Source: Macrostomum lignano
Lineage: Eukaryota
Assembly: GCA_002269645.1 (NCBI GenBank)
Contig: NIVC01001246.1
Location: 62,001-126,000 of the forward strand
Direction: 5' to 3'
DNA length: 64,000 nt
In this document: positions 1-12,689 of the stretch, piece by piece
How the letters are laid out: each line of letters begins with the position of its first letter
How positions within the stretch are numbered: the stretch's first letter is position 1
The notes under the pieces: generated by a model
The model's input: only the letters and a program-made list of their open reading frames with translations
Database searches by the model: none
What the model was told of the DNA's origin: nothing
Position numbers and translations under genes: made by a program

Positions 1-20
1 TAGACAGAGGAAGACATGAC

Positions 21-1180
21 TCAATCACAATGGAGTTCGGAACGTGACCGACCTTTTTAGGACTATATTTTAGCTGAGGATTCTGCGCTAAAAAATCCTC
101 AGACGTCCGATTTTTATTGAGGGGCGGGGCGGAGCATCGTCGTCAGCGAGTCATTGGTCCTGCTGAGGACAGTACGAGCTACCAGCATCGCCGTCAGCGA
201 GTCATCGGTCCTGCTGAGGACAGTACCAGCATCGCCGTCAGCGAGTCATCGGTCCTGCTGAGGACAGTACCAGCATCGCGGTCAGGGCATCAGACTTTGA
301 AGCCTAATTTGCAATTTGCTTATTACTTGCGACTAGAGTCTGTGCTTTCCGTATTGACCTCTTTATTTACTTACTCAATGGCAGAAAAATTAACCGTAGT
401 ATTTTTACTACCATTAAAGCTGCTTAAAGCCTGAGACGTTAGATCCTTTATTTATTTTACTTTCCTCAATTTATTCTTAATGACTTGCTAATCCTCTCCC
501 TCGAATGACCAGAACGATCTTAACCCCTGGATATATGCATGTACGCATAGGACCCTTCTCGCATTTGAGCATTTGCAAACCAGAGTTCACCTTCCCTCAT
601 ATACAACTTCTATTAGTGTAGCACCGTTTTGGCGTTGCAGACTCCAGATGAACGTCCAAGCAGAGTCCCATCTTCAGCTATAGGCCAGTCCGTGGTCGGC
701 TCAAACAGCCCTGGTCATCAGTGTGGACCCAGCCTCGTTTTTAGTGGGAAATGTCAATGAGCCTCCTCAGAAAGGGGTGGTTGCAGACTCCGTGTTTTCT
801 TACGGCGTCCCGCAAAGGCACCTTAGCAGCGTCATGCATCCCGCAAACCTAGATGTGTTAGAGCCTTGCCTTCACGCCATGTGGCGCCATAATTGCTTTC
901 ATGTTCTTTCATCCGCTTTCGCGAACTCATAAGCAGATACCACTGAGTTGAGTCACTTAAGCTCATCTTGAAATTCAGGTGGCAATGTAGTTTTGCCGCC
1001 CTTTTTACCCAAGCTTTCCTCAATGACCGATAGAAAATCTGAGGTAAATCTGTCTCTCCGATAGTCGTTAGTAATCGAAATCCACTTTCGCGGATGTTTG
1101 GCCGTTTAGAATATCGATTTAGCATAGGTGGATGGGACGGTTGCCCAAGTGTAGCAACCTAATACAGTAGCCCCAGTCTT
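21..1180. mobile_element. ~1.16-kb insertion upstream of paralogue 1 (also 4571-5730); origin unresolved, possibly a degenerate minus-strand retroelement piece
   Basis: Paralogue 3 upstream reads gaggaagtcatgac-gggga-agtctggaa contiguously (9711-9737). Here gaggaagacatgac (7-20) and agtctggaa (1185) are 1.16 kb apart. No TSD seen and no convincing protein motif. Confidence 0.35.
133..279 (+). repeat. 44-bp tandem repeat, 3 units plus a partial (first unit 51 bp); duplicated at 4683-4829
   Basis: Unit agcatcgccgtcagcgagtcatcggtcctgctgaggacagtacc at 133, 184 and 228. Confidence 0.9.
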
Positions 1181-1573
1181 GAACAGTCTGGAACTGCGTG
1201 TGATTCTACTGGCACTGTACTTGAGTATCAGCCCAGTGCAGTATTGCAGCTTTAAGGTAGAGAGACATTAAAAAGTACATTTAGCAAGATCCAAGAACAG
1301 CCACCCAAGATAGAGAATTTGCAAAGCGATTGACTTCAGCTCACTACACAGCAATACACTCAAAGGCGCACTGAGTCTCGGGTAGCGGTTTTGACTGTTG
1401 CCAAGGGTATGTACAATGCATACAATACAGTAGTCCCAGAGTGTACACCACACAGAGAAAACTCATACAAGAAATACTTTAAACCCAACGTTCCTGTGTC
1501 TCTTATGGATTTCTTCTGATCTCGTAGAAAACTTCTGTGCATTTCAAACTTTCTAAGCGGCACACCGAGCAGC

Positions 1574-3110
1574 ATGAGTTCCAGTTGTAACAACTGTGGA
1601 TCAGAATTATTAGACAGGATTGACTCATTAACCATTCAGCTTGTCAAGATTTTCGATGGCGAGATTGCACCAGCAGAACCTGACATCGGCAGCACCTTGT
1701 GAGTTTTACTGTTTATACTAGTTAATAAGGGTGGTGTCAGCGTACTGTTAATGAAAAGTTTCTGTAATTATAGTTGTTATTACGAGTTTGTACTTTTTTA
1801 CTTTTTCAGGCCCAGCGCAAAGGCTTACTCACCTGAGTCATTTGAGTCAGAGTAAGTTTTTGCATTAGTCAAACCAGTTTTAGACTCGTTTTGGAACTGA
1901 CATACTGCAAAAAGTTTAGTCTAAAACTATTGTTTTTGCCAACTTTAACTCAATTTTATTCTTTAGACCATATGCGGACGAACCAATCAATATTTTAAAT
2001 CCCTCAATGAAAGAAGTGGCCACCGAGACACTTGAACCAACAGAACACGAATGCCTGTCACACATTCGACAAGAGCGAGACGGATTGAAGGCTCAATGCT
2101 TAGAACTGGAGCAGTGCATCAATCGAATGCAAGATGAATTGAGGGAACTTGAAAAATTGAAACACACTAACGGCTCACTGAAATCCATGTTGAAGCGCGA
2201 AACTTGGAAAGTGACCACCCTGCAGGCTTCAAAGCAAAACGTGGAAAAAGCGCTGAACCAATTGACTCAGGAAAATCAGCTACTGAAGTCGCAGCTGGCT
2301 GACTTGTCGGCCCAATGTGATGAGAGCAGAAGAAATGCTGAGGAAGCTCAAGCCGTGGCCGACCAATCTAATATTAAACTGGCACGTTGGCAGCAGTTGT
2401 GCGATGAACTGCAAGAGGCACTGAATCGCAGCAAGACTCAACTGGAAGCCAAGGCAGCCTCTGAGCAGCAGCTGAGGCGATCCATCGAAGACCTCAGTAG
2501 GGAAAAAGAAGGAGAAAAGACGACTCTACTCAAAAATAATGAAGCCGAAAAAAAGAGGAATACGGACTTAGTTGCGCGGCTCAAGGTGCAAGAGGAGGCT
2601 CTGCGTCAATTTCGTCAGGCCAAGACGTCGTTAGAGTCAGAATTGGGTCGTATGACTCAATCTATTGAAGAACTGGAAACTGCCAAACGGAGTTTACAGC
2701 AGACCACACAGAAGCTGAGAAAGGAAAATCAAATGCTCCAATCTCAGTTGCAGATGCTCAATAATTCGAAAAAAGTTTCTGAGCAGAAATTCGAAAAGTT
2801 GAGTAAAGACCTTGTTCAAAAGACTACTCTGGAGCGACAACTGAATCATACAATCGCCGCTCTGCATGAAAGACTCAACCGCCATGCTGAAGAGTCGGAC
2901 AACAGGCTGAAGGAAGCGAAGCGAATTCAGAATGAGCTGTACGGAAAAGTTTGCGAACATCAGAATCTTAGACAGAAATGCGAGAAGGAACTTGTTGCAT
3001 TGAAGGTGCAACTGGAACGCAATAAACGTCAGTTGCATATGGCGCAGAATCGGATGCGACAAGCAGCTGCGTTGCTTTTGGATACAACTGATTCTGGACC
3101 TTCTGCTTAG
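1574..3110 (+). CDS. Coiled-coil family paralogue 1, ~436 aa; internally deleted and truncated by a CAG>TAG change (possible pseudogene)
   Basis: Exons 1574-1698, 1810-1851, 1967-3110 with GT-AG phase-2 introns join in frame with ORF 2007-3110. Heptad-rich E/K/Q/L sequence. Stop sits where paralogues have CAG (GPSAQ); a C-terminal remnant continues to 3419. About 165 aa missing versus paralogue 4. Confidence 0.75.
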
Positions 3111-4550
3111 ATTTTTAAGCGGGAAAACTTCGAAAACCATGATGTCATGAAACATTATAGTGAATCGCTGGCTGAGAGCTCAGCGACGCATTCTAGAGAA
3201 TAGGACCTGAAACTGTTTCAGGTGCAGGATAATCTAGAACAGGCTGTCCAACTCTTGCTGCTGTCAGATGAACGCTTTCAACAATCGCAAGAAGTGGCAG
3301 ATGAATTCCATCATTGTTCGGATAACTTGAAAATAGAAATGGATGCACTGAAGCAGCAGCTGCTTGAAGTCAAACGACGACTTGGTGACGTCGTTGCGAC
3401 GTTCAAATCGGTGCGTTAACGACTATATGATGAACTGAACTCTGAACTGAACTAAACAGTTGCATACGTCCTGTTCCTAAAACCATTAAAATGGCACGAC
3501 TCAACTCATTTGAAAAGTTTCTAACAGATTTTGTTTATTGAAGCGCCAATGTGAAAATCTCCTTATAACAGCTTCTACAATATTATCCACAAGCATGCCC
3601 CTTTCGTGGTCAATGACCGCGGTCGGGCACCGCCCATTTGTGCTCCGTTCCTTGCTCTGTCCACTCTGCTTGCCATGTGTACAACACAAGCTTAATTTCT
3701 ACTCCTCCGTTGCTTGCCCCCCACCCGTCTTTCTGCCCCCGAGCGCACCCAGCCACCCTCAGTTCTGGATAAAAGGCCTTCTCTGGTTGTTCTGACTCGC
3801 CTTGTCTGTTTGCGCGTAGTCTTTTTATCCTCTGTGGTCTTTTGTCCTTATTCGTATTTCTACGCTTTTTCCTTAACTCTGTTCATCGCTTTTTTACTGT
3901 TTTTAATCGTTTTTTACTCCCCAAGTCCAGGGGGCTTCTTTTGATCGCTTGTGCGCTTCGTTCCCCTCATGTTGGTGTTCGTGTCTCTTCTTTTGTGCTC
4001 CGACCATGGCGTTGATAACTTCGCTATTGCAAAATGTTCCAAATCACAAGAATTTTTCTAAATGTTCATCCAATCTAGGACACTTAAAAATACATTTTCT
4101 AGATTTTCGGTCAGTTAAAAATATCAACCTACACTGAAAATGTTATTTCACTCATTTTTGTCACTTTTCACTGTTAAATATTTCAAACAGTAGTTTTAAA
4201 CAGCAGTAGAGGCTTTATTGAAAAAATACTGCTTAAATTTTGCTGATTTTTGTACACAACTATATCTATACAGGTATCGAAATTATTGAGGGCTTGTGAA
4301 ATGACCTCCATAAATTAGAGCACTGTCAACTGCAGTGGCCCATAATAACCCAAAGAACTGAGGTCTTAGAATTAGAATAAAGCAGCTTCTTATAGCTAGA
4401 CAAAGGGTAATGCAGCAGAAAGCCATCGGAACACTGTGTGCTACACAAATTCACCCGACCCCCTCCAATTCCTCCAGTTCCCACGCGTGACCCATCTGAT
4501 GATCAGACTTTTAGAAACAGATTACGGGCGTTAGGAGACTGGAAGCCAAT

Positions 4551-6866
4551 TAGACAGAGGAAGACATGACTCAATCACAATGGAGTTCGGAACGTGACCG
4601 ACCTTTTTAGGACTATATTTTAGCTGAGGATTCTGCGCTAAAAAATCCTCAGACGTCCGATTTTTATTGAGGGGCGGGGCGGAGCATCGTCGTCAGCGAG
4701 TCATTGGTCCTGCTGAGGACAGTACGAGCTACCAGCATCGCCGTCAGCGAGTCATCGGTCCTGCTGAGGACAGTACCAGCATCGCCGTCAGCGAGTCATC
4801 GGTCCTGCTGAGGACAGTACCAGCATCGCGGTCAGGGCATCAGACTTTGAAGCCTAATTTGCAATTTGCTTATTACTTGCGACTAGAGTCTGTGCTTTCC
4901 GTATTGACCTCTTTATTTACTTACTCAATGGCAGAAAAATTAACCGTAGTATTTTTACTACCATTAAAGCTGCTTAAAGCCTGAGACGTTAGATCCTTTA
5001 TTTATTTTACTTTCCTCAATTTATTCTTAATGACTTGCTAATCCTCTCCCTCGAATGACCAGAACGATCTTAACCCCTGGATATATGCATGTACGCATAG
5101 GACCCTTCTCGCATTTGAGCATTTGCAAACCAGAGTTCACCTTCCCTCATATACAACTTCTATTAGTGTAGCACCGTTTTGGCGTTGCAGACTCCAGATG
5201 AACGTCCAAGCAGAGTCCCATCTTCAGCTATAGGCCAGTCCGTGGTCGGCTCAAACAGCCCTGGTCATCAGTGTGGACCCAGCCTCGTTTTTAGTGGGAA
5301 ATGTCAATGAGCCTCCTCAGAAAGGGGTGGTTGCAGACTCCGTGTTTTCTTACGGCGTCCCGCAAAGGCACCTTAGCAGCGTCATGCATCCCGCAAACCT
5401 AGATGTGTTAGAGCCTTGCCTTCACGCCATGTGGCGCCATAATTGCTTTCATGTTCTTTCATCCGCTTTCGCGAACTCATAAGCAGATACCACTGAGTTG
5501 AGTCACTTAAGCTCATCTTGAAATTCAGGTGGCAATGTAGTTTTGCCGCCCTTTTTACCCAAGCTTTCCTCAATGACCGATAGAAAATCTGAGGTAAATC
5601 TGTCTCTCCGATAGTCGTTAGTAATCGAAATCCACTTTCGCGGATGTTTGGCCGTTTAGAATATCGATTTAGCATAGGTGGATGGGACGGTTGCCCAAGT
5701 GTAGCAACCTAATACAGTAGCCCCAGTCTTGAACAGTCTGGAACTGCGTGTGATTCTACTGGCACTGTACTTGAGTATCAGCCCAGTGCAGTATTGCAGC
5801 TTTAAGGTAGAGAGACATTAAAAAGTACATTTAGCAAGATCCAAGAACAGCCACCCAAGATAGAGAATTTGCAAAGCGATTGACTTCAGCTCACTACACA
5901 GCAATACACTCAAAGGCGCACTGAGTCTCGGGTAGCGGTTTTGACTGTTGCCAAGGGTATGTACAATGCATACAATACAGTAGTCCCAGAGTGTACACCA
6001 CACAGAGAAAACTCATACAAGAAATACTTTAAACCCAACGTTCCTGTGTCTCTTATGGATTTCTTCTGATCTCGTAGAAAACTTCTGTGCATTTCAAACT
6101 TTCTAAGCGGCACACCGAGCAGCATGAGTTCCAGTTGTAACAACTGTGGATCAGAATTATTAGACAGGATTGACTCATTAACCATTCAGCTTGTCAAGAT
6201 TTTCGATGGCGAGATTGCACCAGCAGAACCTGACATCGGCAGCACCTTGTGAGTTTTACTGTTTATACTAGTTAATAAGGGTGGTGTCAGCGTACTGTTA
6301 ATGAAAAGTTTCTGTAATTATAGTTGTTATTACGAGTTTGTACTTTTTTACTTTTTCAGGCCCAGCGCAAAGGCTTACTCACCTGAGTCATTTGAGTCAG
6401 AGTAAGTTTTTGCATTAGTCAAACCAGTTTTAGACTCGTTTTGGAACTGACATACTGCAAAAAGTTTAGTCTAAAACTATTGTTTTTGCCAACTTTAACT
6501 CAATTTTATTCTTTAGACCATATGCGGACGAACCAATCAATATTTTAAATCCCTCAATGAAAGAAGTGGCCACCGAGACACTTGAACCAACAGAACACGA
6601 ATGCCTGTCACACATTCGACAAGAGCGAGACGGATTGAAGGCTCAATGCTTAGAACTGGAGCAGTGCATCAATCGAATGCAAGATGAATTGAGGGAACTT
6701 GAAAAATTGAAACACACTAACGGCTCACTGAAATCCATGTTGAAGCGCGAAACTTGGAAAGTGACCACCCTGCAGGCTTCAAAGCAAAACGTGGAAAAAG
6801 CGCTGAACCAATTGACTCAGGAAAATCAGCTACTGAAGTCGCAGCTGGCTGACTTGTCGGCCCAAT
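4551..6866. repeat. Segmental duplication copy B (matches 1-2316)
   Basis: Direct base-by-base correspondence with offset 4550. Confidence 0.95.
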
Positions 6867-8545
6867 TTAAAGAAAGCAGAAAAAATGCTGAGGAAGCTCA
6901 AGCCATGACCGAGCAATCAAATGCTAAACTGGCAGATTCTCAGCATTTGTGCGACGCACTGCAAGAGGCACTGAATCACAGCAAGACTCAACTGGAAGCC
7001 AAGGCAGCCTCTGAGCAGCAGCGGAGGCGAGAGTTCGAAGGCCTCAGCAGTGAAAGAGAAAGAGAAAAGACTCTGCTCAAAAGTAATCAAGCCCTAAACA
7101 AGAGGAATACGGACTTAGTCGACCGGCTCAAAGAGCAAGACGAGACTCTGCATCAAAGTCGTCAAGCCAAAACATCTTTAGAGTCAGAGTTAGATTTTAA
7201 GACTCTAGCAATGGAAGAACTGAAAACTGCCAAACAGAGTTTACAAGAGACCGCACAGAAACTGACGGAGGAAAAGCAAATGCTTCAGTCTCAGTTGGAG
7301 ACTCTCAGTGACGTGAATAAAGTTTTTGAGCGGAAATTAGAAGAGTTGAGGAAAAAATTCAACAGTTTATTGACAGACTTTGAAAAGAAAGATGAGGCTC
7401 TGAACAATGCAAAGAAAATGAAGGAATCGCTGGAGACCGCAGTCAAGGAGAAGACGTTGGCCCTTATTGAGCAAAAAAAATCGGAGAAGAGAATTCAAGC
7501 AGAATTAATGCAGGCCCGGTGGGTTGCTGGTGCATTGGAAAACAGGTTCGCTGCGCTACGGACGGAATTCGAAGTTCAAACAAGATCTCTAAACGAAAGT
7601 AAAGAGTCTATACTGTTGCTAAAAACCCAGCTTAAAGATAAGGACTCAGTTTTGGCAGAGCTGGAAGTTAGGCGTCAAAATCTTCACAGAGACATGACGC
7701 AGGAACGCTTAGAAAAGCAAAAGTTGAGTTTTATGCATCGGTGGCTCCAGTCAAGTTATAATAGCAGTTATAATAGCGAAGAAGCAGTTCAGCAGCTTCA
7801 AGCCAAGAATGAAAATATGGCTCAGAGAAACCACGAGCTGCAGGCTGATCTGAATAAAGTTACAGAGAGCCTTACTCAAAAGACTGCTCTGGAGCGACAA
7901 CTGAATCATACAATCGCTGTTCTGCATGAAAGACTCAACCGCCATGCTAAAGAGTCGGACAACAGGCTGAAGGAAGCGAAGCGTGTTCAGAATGAGCTGT
8001 ACGGAAAAGTTTGCCAACATCAGAATCTTAGACAGAAATGCGAGAAGGAACTTGTTGCAATAAAAGTGCAACTCGAACGCAATAAACGTCAGTTGCTTTT
8101 GACTCACGATCGGATGCGACGAGCAGCTGCGTTGCTTTTTGATACGAGTACAACTGATTCTGGACCTTCTGCTCAGCGTTTTAGGCCAGAAAGTACAAGA
8201 AAGAAAGTCGAAAACAATGATGTCATGAGACATGATAGTGAATCGTTGGATGAGGACTTGGCGACGCATTCTAGAAAACAGGAGGTGAAAACAAAACTGT
8301 TTCAGGTGCAGAATAATCTAGAACAGGCAGTCCAACTCTTGCTGCTGTCAGATGAACGCTTTCAACAATCGCAGGAAGTGGCAGATGAATTCCATTGTTA
8401 TTCGGATGACTTGGAAATTGAAATCGATGCACTAAAGCAGCAGCTGCTTGAAGTCAAACGACGATCTGGTGACGTCGTTGAGACGTTTAAATCGGTGCGT
8501 CAACGACTCTGTGATGAAATGAACTTATCGACTGGCATTAGGTAA
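6124..8545 (+). CDS. Coiled-coil family paralogue 2, ~731 aa, apparently intact
   Basis: Exons 6124-6248, 6360-6401, 6517-8545; N-terminus MSSSCNNCGSELLDRIDSLTIQLVKIFDG; joins in frame to the 662-aa ORF. Confidence 0.85.
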
Positions 8546-10027
8546 AATGCTCACTGACTTGGGGCCACTCAAGAAAACTTATATTAGAATAAACTTTGTT
8601 AAGAGACTAGGCTTACAATCCCCGGGCATTGTTCTGGTTCCTCTGGCTGGTTTGTTACCATTGCTCAAAGGATTGTCAAAGGATTGGAAAATTTGAAGAT
8701 GCGCTGTCTTTATGAGGCTTTCAGAAATAGCTACTCCAGAACCAGAATCTGTTAGGAAAGACATCGAAAGATCTGCAGATATTTTCTATCTCTGAAAACC
8801 TGTTGTATGTTAACAATCTGTTATTTCAATAAATTTCTAGTCCAAGTGGCAAATAATTCAATCCCAGAAAGAATTATTTGCTAGAATTACAAAACCAAAA
8901 GAAAAATTTTTGTTTGAAATTTTTAATCCTTTTAAGCTCTTATTTTTAGCCCTAAGATCACGCGTCACGCGATCACGTGAGCGTGATGCCTCATATTGAA
9001 GGCCGTGACTTGTCCTCGACCTCCGTTATCATGCAAGCAACCCTGGTGACGTCACCCACCAGCCGCGCTGCAATTGGACGAGAAATCGGAGAGGGCGAAG
9101 CAGAAAAAAATTATTTATGATGGAGGATTACGTAACAGGCAGGAAAAAGCTTCGGGAGATAGGCGGTCATAAAACTGTCACTTGCACGAATGATTTCGAA
9201 CAATAGAAAGGAGGTGGGGTTGGTGCGCGGGGAAGTGAGTGGGCGATAAGCAAGGCACATAATTCACAGGGGAAAAAGGGTTGCGCAATAATTCCAAATC
9301 TCTGTATTTTACGTATTGAATGTGTTATTTGTGACACTTTAAAATAATTGTACTACGCGCTCGTATGTTGTCATTAGGTGAAAACATCAAGTTTTACTTT
9401 TTCACTGTGTTAATTAATTTTTTCTTCGTACCAAAGAGCCACCTTCCAAGGTTTTATTATAACAATATTGTGTTGCTTTCGGTACACGTCTATACTTTTA
9501 CAGGGTTCATCTGCTCAGAATTGTCTTAGAGTTAAAATAAAACAGATTCTTAGCTAGAGCACTGGCCATGGAGCTGAAGCAACTGGAACACTGCGTGCTT
9601 AACAAGCTCACCACGACCCCTCCAATTCATCCAGTTGGTTCCCAGACGTAGTCCACGTAATCATTGGCATTAGGTCAATAATAAAAAAGAGGAGGCCAAT
9701 AAAAAGAAAGAGGAAGTCATGACGGGGAAGTCTGGAAGAGCGCGTGATTCTACCCGGCTCCCCTTCTCACCCCAGTGCGGTACTGGAGCTCTAGGGTAGA
9801 GAGACATTGCAAGCTACAGTTCACACTGTACAATGCATAATGTATGGCGGTTGCAGAGTGTACACCACAAAGCGAAAATTCATATGCACAAACTACCTCA
9901 ACATACTGTCCTGGTCTATCTCTCTCTCTCTCTTCTGGCTTTCATCGTGAGAAAGCTGTAAAAAACTTGCATCAACATTTTTTCCCAGTTTAGTTCTCAA
10001 AACTTTTAAATCGTCACATCGAGTAGC

Positions 10028-12000
10028 ATGAGTTCCAGCTGTGCGAATCATAAATCACATTTATTAAACAGGATTGAGTCATTGACCATTCAGCTAGTAA
10101 AGGTTTTTGATGGCGAGAGAGCGCCGGCAAAATCTGGCATCGGCACCTTGTGAGTTTTACTCGTTGTACTAGTCAGTACGCGAAGAGTTCCATCAGCCGT
10201 ATCATCCGTAAATGGAGTTTTTTTGTAACCAATGCTGTTAATGCATTAATTAACTTTTCAGACCCAGCGACAGGGCTTCCTCATATGAGCAACCGGACTC
10301 TAAGTACATTTTTTGCATTGGTCTACCCCTTTTTGCAACTTAATTAATGCAATTAAATTTAATCTTCAAATTTTTATTTTTAAACAAACGTTGGCCCATT
10401 TTTAGACGATCGTTGAACGAACCAATTGACATTTCAATTCCACCAACGAAAGAAGTGGCCACCGAGACAGTTGGATCAACAGAACACGAATGCCTGTCAC
10501 ACATTCGACAAGAGCGAGACGGATTGAAGGCTCAATGCTTAGAACTGGAGCAGTGCAATAATCGATTGCAGGATGAATTGAGGGAACTTGAAAAAGTGAA
10601 GCACACCAACGGCTCACTGGAATCCCAGTTGGAGAGCAAGGCTTGGAAGGTGACCAACCTGCAGGCTTCAAAGCAAAGCTTGGAAAAACAGTTGAAACAG
10701 TCGTCTCAGGAAAATCAGCTACTGAAGTCGCAGCTGGCTGACTTGTCAGTCCAATGTGATGAGAGCAGAAGAAATGCTGAGGAAGCTCAAGCCATGGCCG
10801 AACAATCAAATGCTAAACTGGCAGATTTGCAGCAATTGTGCGATGCACTGCAAGAGGCTCTGAACCACAACAAGACTCAACTGGAAGCCAAGGCAGCCTC
10901 TGAGCAGCAGCTGAGGCGAGACATCGAAGAAAGGAGTCATATGGTCTTATTTGCACGGCTCAGGGCGCAAGAGGAGGCTCTGCATCAATCTCGTCAGGCC
11001 AATAGGTCATTAGAATCAGAGACGAATCGTATGACTCAAGCTATGGAAAAACAGGAAACTGCCAAGCAGAGTTTACAGCAGACCACACAGAAGCTGAGAC
11101 AGGAAAATCAAATGCTCCAATCTCAGTTGCAGGAGGCCCGGTCGGTTGCTGATGAAATGGGAAACAGATTCACGGTGCTGTCGACGAAATTTCAAGCCCA
11201 AACTAGACCTCTAAACCAAAGCGAAGAGTCGATAATATTGCAAGAAACGCAGATTAAAGATAAGGATTCGGTTTCGGCAGATATTCAATCTGGGCCTCAA
11301 AATGTTGAGAAAGATTTGACAAAAGAAAAGGGAAGGTCAAGTTGTATACCATCGTAATTTGAAAGCTCGAGTCAAGTGATCGATCTGGATAGTGAAGAAT
11401 ATTCAGCAACTTATTTCAAGCCAGTGCTGAACTTGTGACAAAGAAAAGCCATGAGCTATAGGCTAAGCTGCGTGAAGATTGGCTGGCCAATCGCTGTTAG
11501 CGGGGCCGGGGGGCTTGTCGTCGCCCGTGTTTGGGGGTGCTTGGTCCGGGGGTGGGTGCGCCGCCCCCGGGGCGGGGGTGGGTGTCTGTGGGGCCTTTTT
11601 AGCCCCGTGCGTTGTGCCCGCCTCAGCCTATCTCTCCTCGCCAGCTTGCATGCGTTTTTTTCTGCTTTTAGCCCTCTTTCTCGCAATTCCTGCAACTTCT
11701 TTTTTTCCTTTCGCTTCGTTTACCTTTTACTCTTCCAAATAGTTTTTTCGAATGCTTTCCAAATATACTCGTGTCTCGTAAGTTGCCCATACAGGGCGGT
11801 AGGATGTTTTGCTCGTGCTCTCCAATCCTTGCCTTTGCTCTCTCCCTCCGGCCGTTCCGCTAAATAAAGTTACACAAATACTTACTCAAAAGGCTGCTCA
11901 ACTGAACTGGAGCGACAACTGAATTATACAATCACCGTTCTGCATGAAAGACTCAACGAAGTACTCAACTCAAGAACTTGTTGCAGTGAAAGTGCAACTA
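10028..12000 (+). pseudogene. Coiled-coil family paralogue 3; ORF ends at 11357 (~371 aa), 3' part decayed and interrupted
   Basis: Exons 10028-10149, 10262-10303 (donor gtacat), 10406-11357. In-frame deletions versus paralogue 4, then a stop, frameshifted remnants to ~12000 and a ~390-bp insertion. Confidence 0.75.
11471..11862. mobile_element. ~390-bp GC/pyrimidine-rich insertion in paralogue 3; origin unknown
   Basis: Paralogue 2 reads gagctgcaggctgatctg-aataaagtt contiguously. Here gagctataggctaagctg (to 11470) and aataaagtt (11863) are separated by unrelated sequence. Confidence 0.55.
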
Positions 12001-12689
12001 AGAAAACTTGTTTTTTGAATAAAATTTGTTGATATCTGGCTTAAAATCAACATACTTTAATCCTGTTCCATTTTATTCGGCTGTTGCATTCCTGTTTCTT
12101 TAATGACTGTTTCGATTGAGAAGTCGAAGATGCACTGTGTAACTGCGGTTCTTTATGATGCTTTTCATGAGCATTTTTCTTCGGAACCAGAATCTGAAGC
12201 AAAAGGGAAAACATAAAAGTCTACAGAATATTTTTATCTGTAAACAAATTTGATGGAAATTATCTTCGCAATCTCTTATTCTAATATTTTCTTAGATTTT
12301 TAGATTTCTTAGATTCTTATTTCTGGCCAAAGCTTCAAATAGCCATTTGCCCGAAACAATTTGGTTGCTAGAACACAGAAACTCAATATCAAGACTATAG
12401 TGCAAAATTCTTAAGGGGGTTTAAAATATGGTCGGGGGAAGGTTCCCACTACAGAACTGTAAGTTCTGTGGTTCCCATATATCTTGTATAGCAACCTAAT
12501 ATTGTGGCCAGCTTGATCGGTCTTTTCTATGCTCAAGATGATTTATTGAAAGCTTACTCTCAGTCGCTTCACTAGCTGTCTAACTTAAATGTCTAACTTA
12601 ATTTTACAGGGACAATGCAAATTGTTTTAGCCATAGACATTTTAGCGCGCGTGTCAAGCAATGACTGCTGAGTTAACAGCTTCAGCCGC

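Larger units (their letters stand above)
1..2316. repeat. Segmental duplication copy A (matches 4551-6866, offset 4550)
   Basis: Sequence at 1 (tagacagaggaagacatgac) recurs at 4551. All six-frame ORFs repeat with offset 4550. Identity ends after cccaat at 2316/6866 (gtgatg vs ttaaag). I saw no difference by eye. Confidence 0.95.

Noticed and set aside
133-279. CRISPR-like regular repeats here and in the other arrays; ORF 117-434
   Set aside because: Head-to-tail units without unique spacers, no cas genes, eukaryotic context.
3600-4020. Pyrimidine-rich stretch with a minus-strand CCTHGKQSGQSKER, reminiscent of a gag Zn knuckle
   Set aside because: CCHC spacing is not met and frames are full of stops; too weak to call.
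2780-11140. General rule that paralogue deletions are multiples of 7 residues
   Set aside because: Only one fits (70 aa); the others are about 20 and 165 aa.
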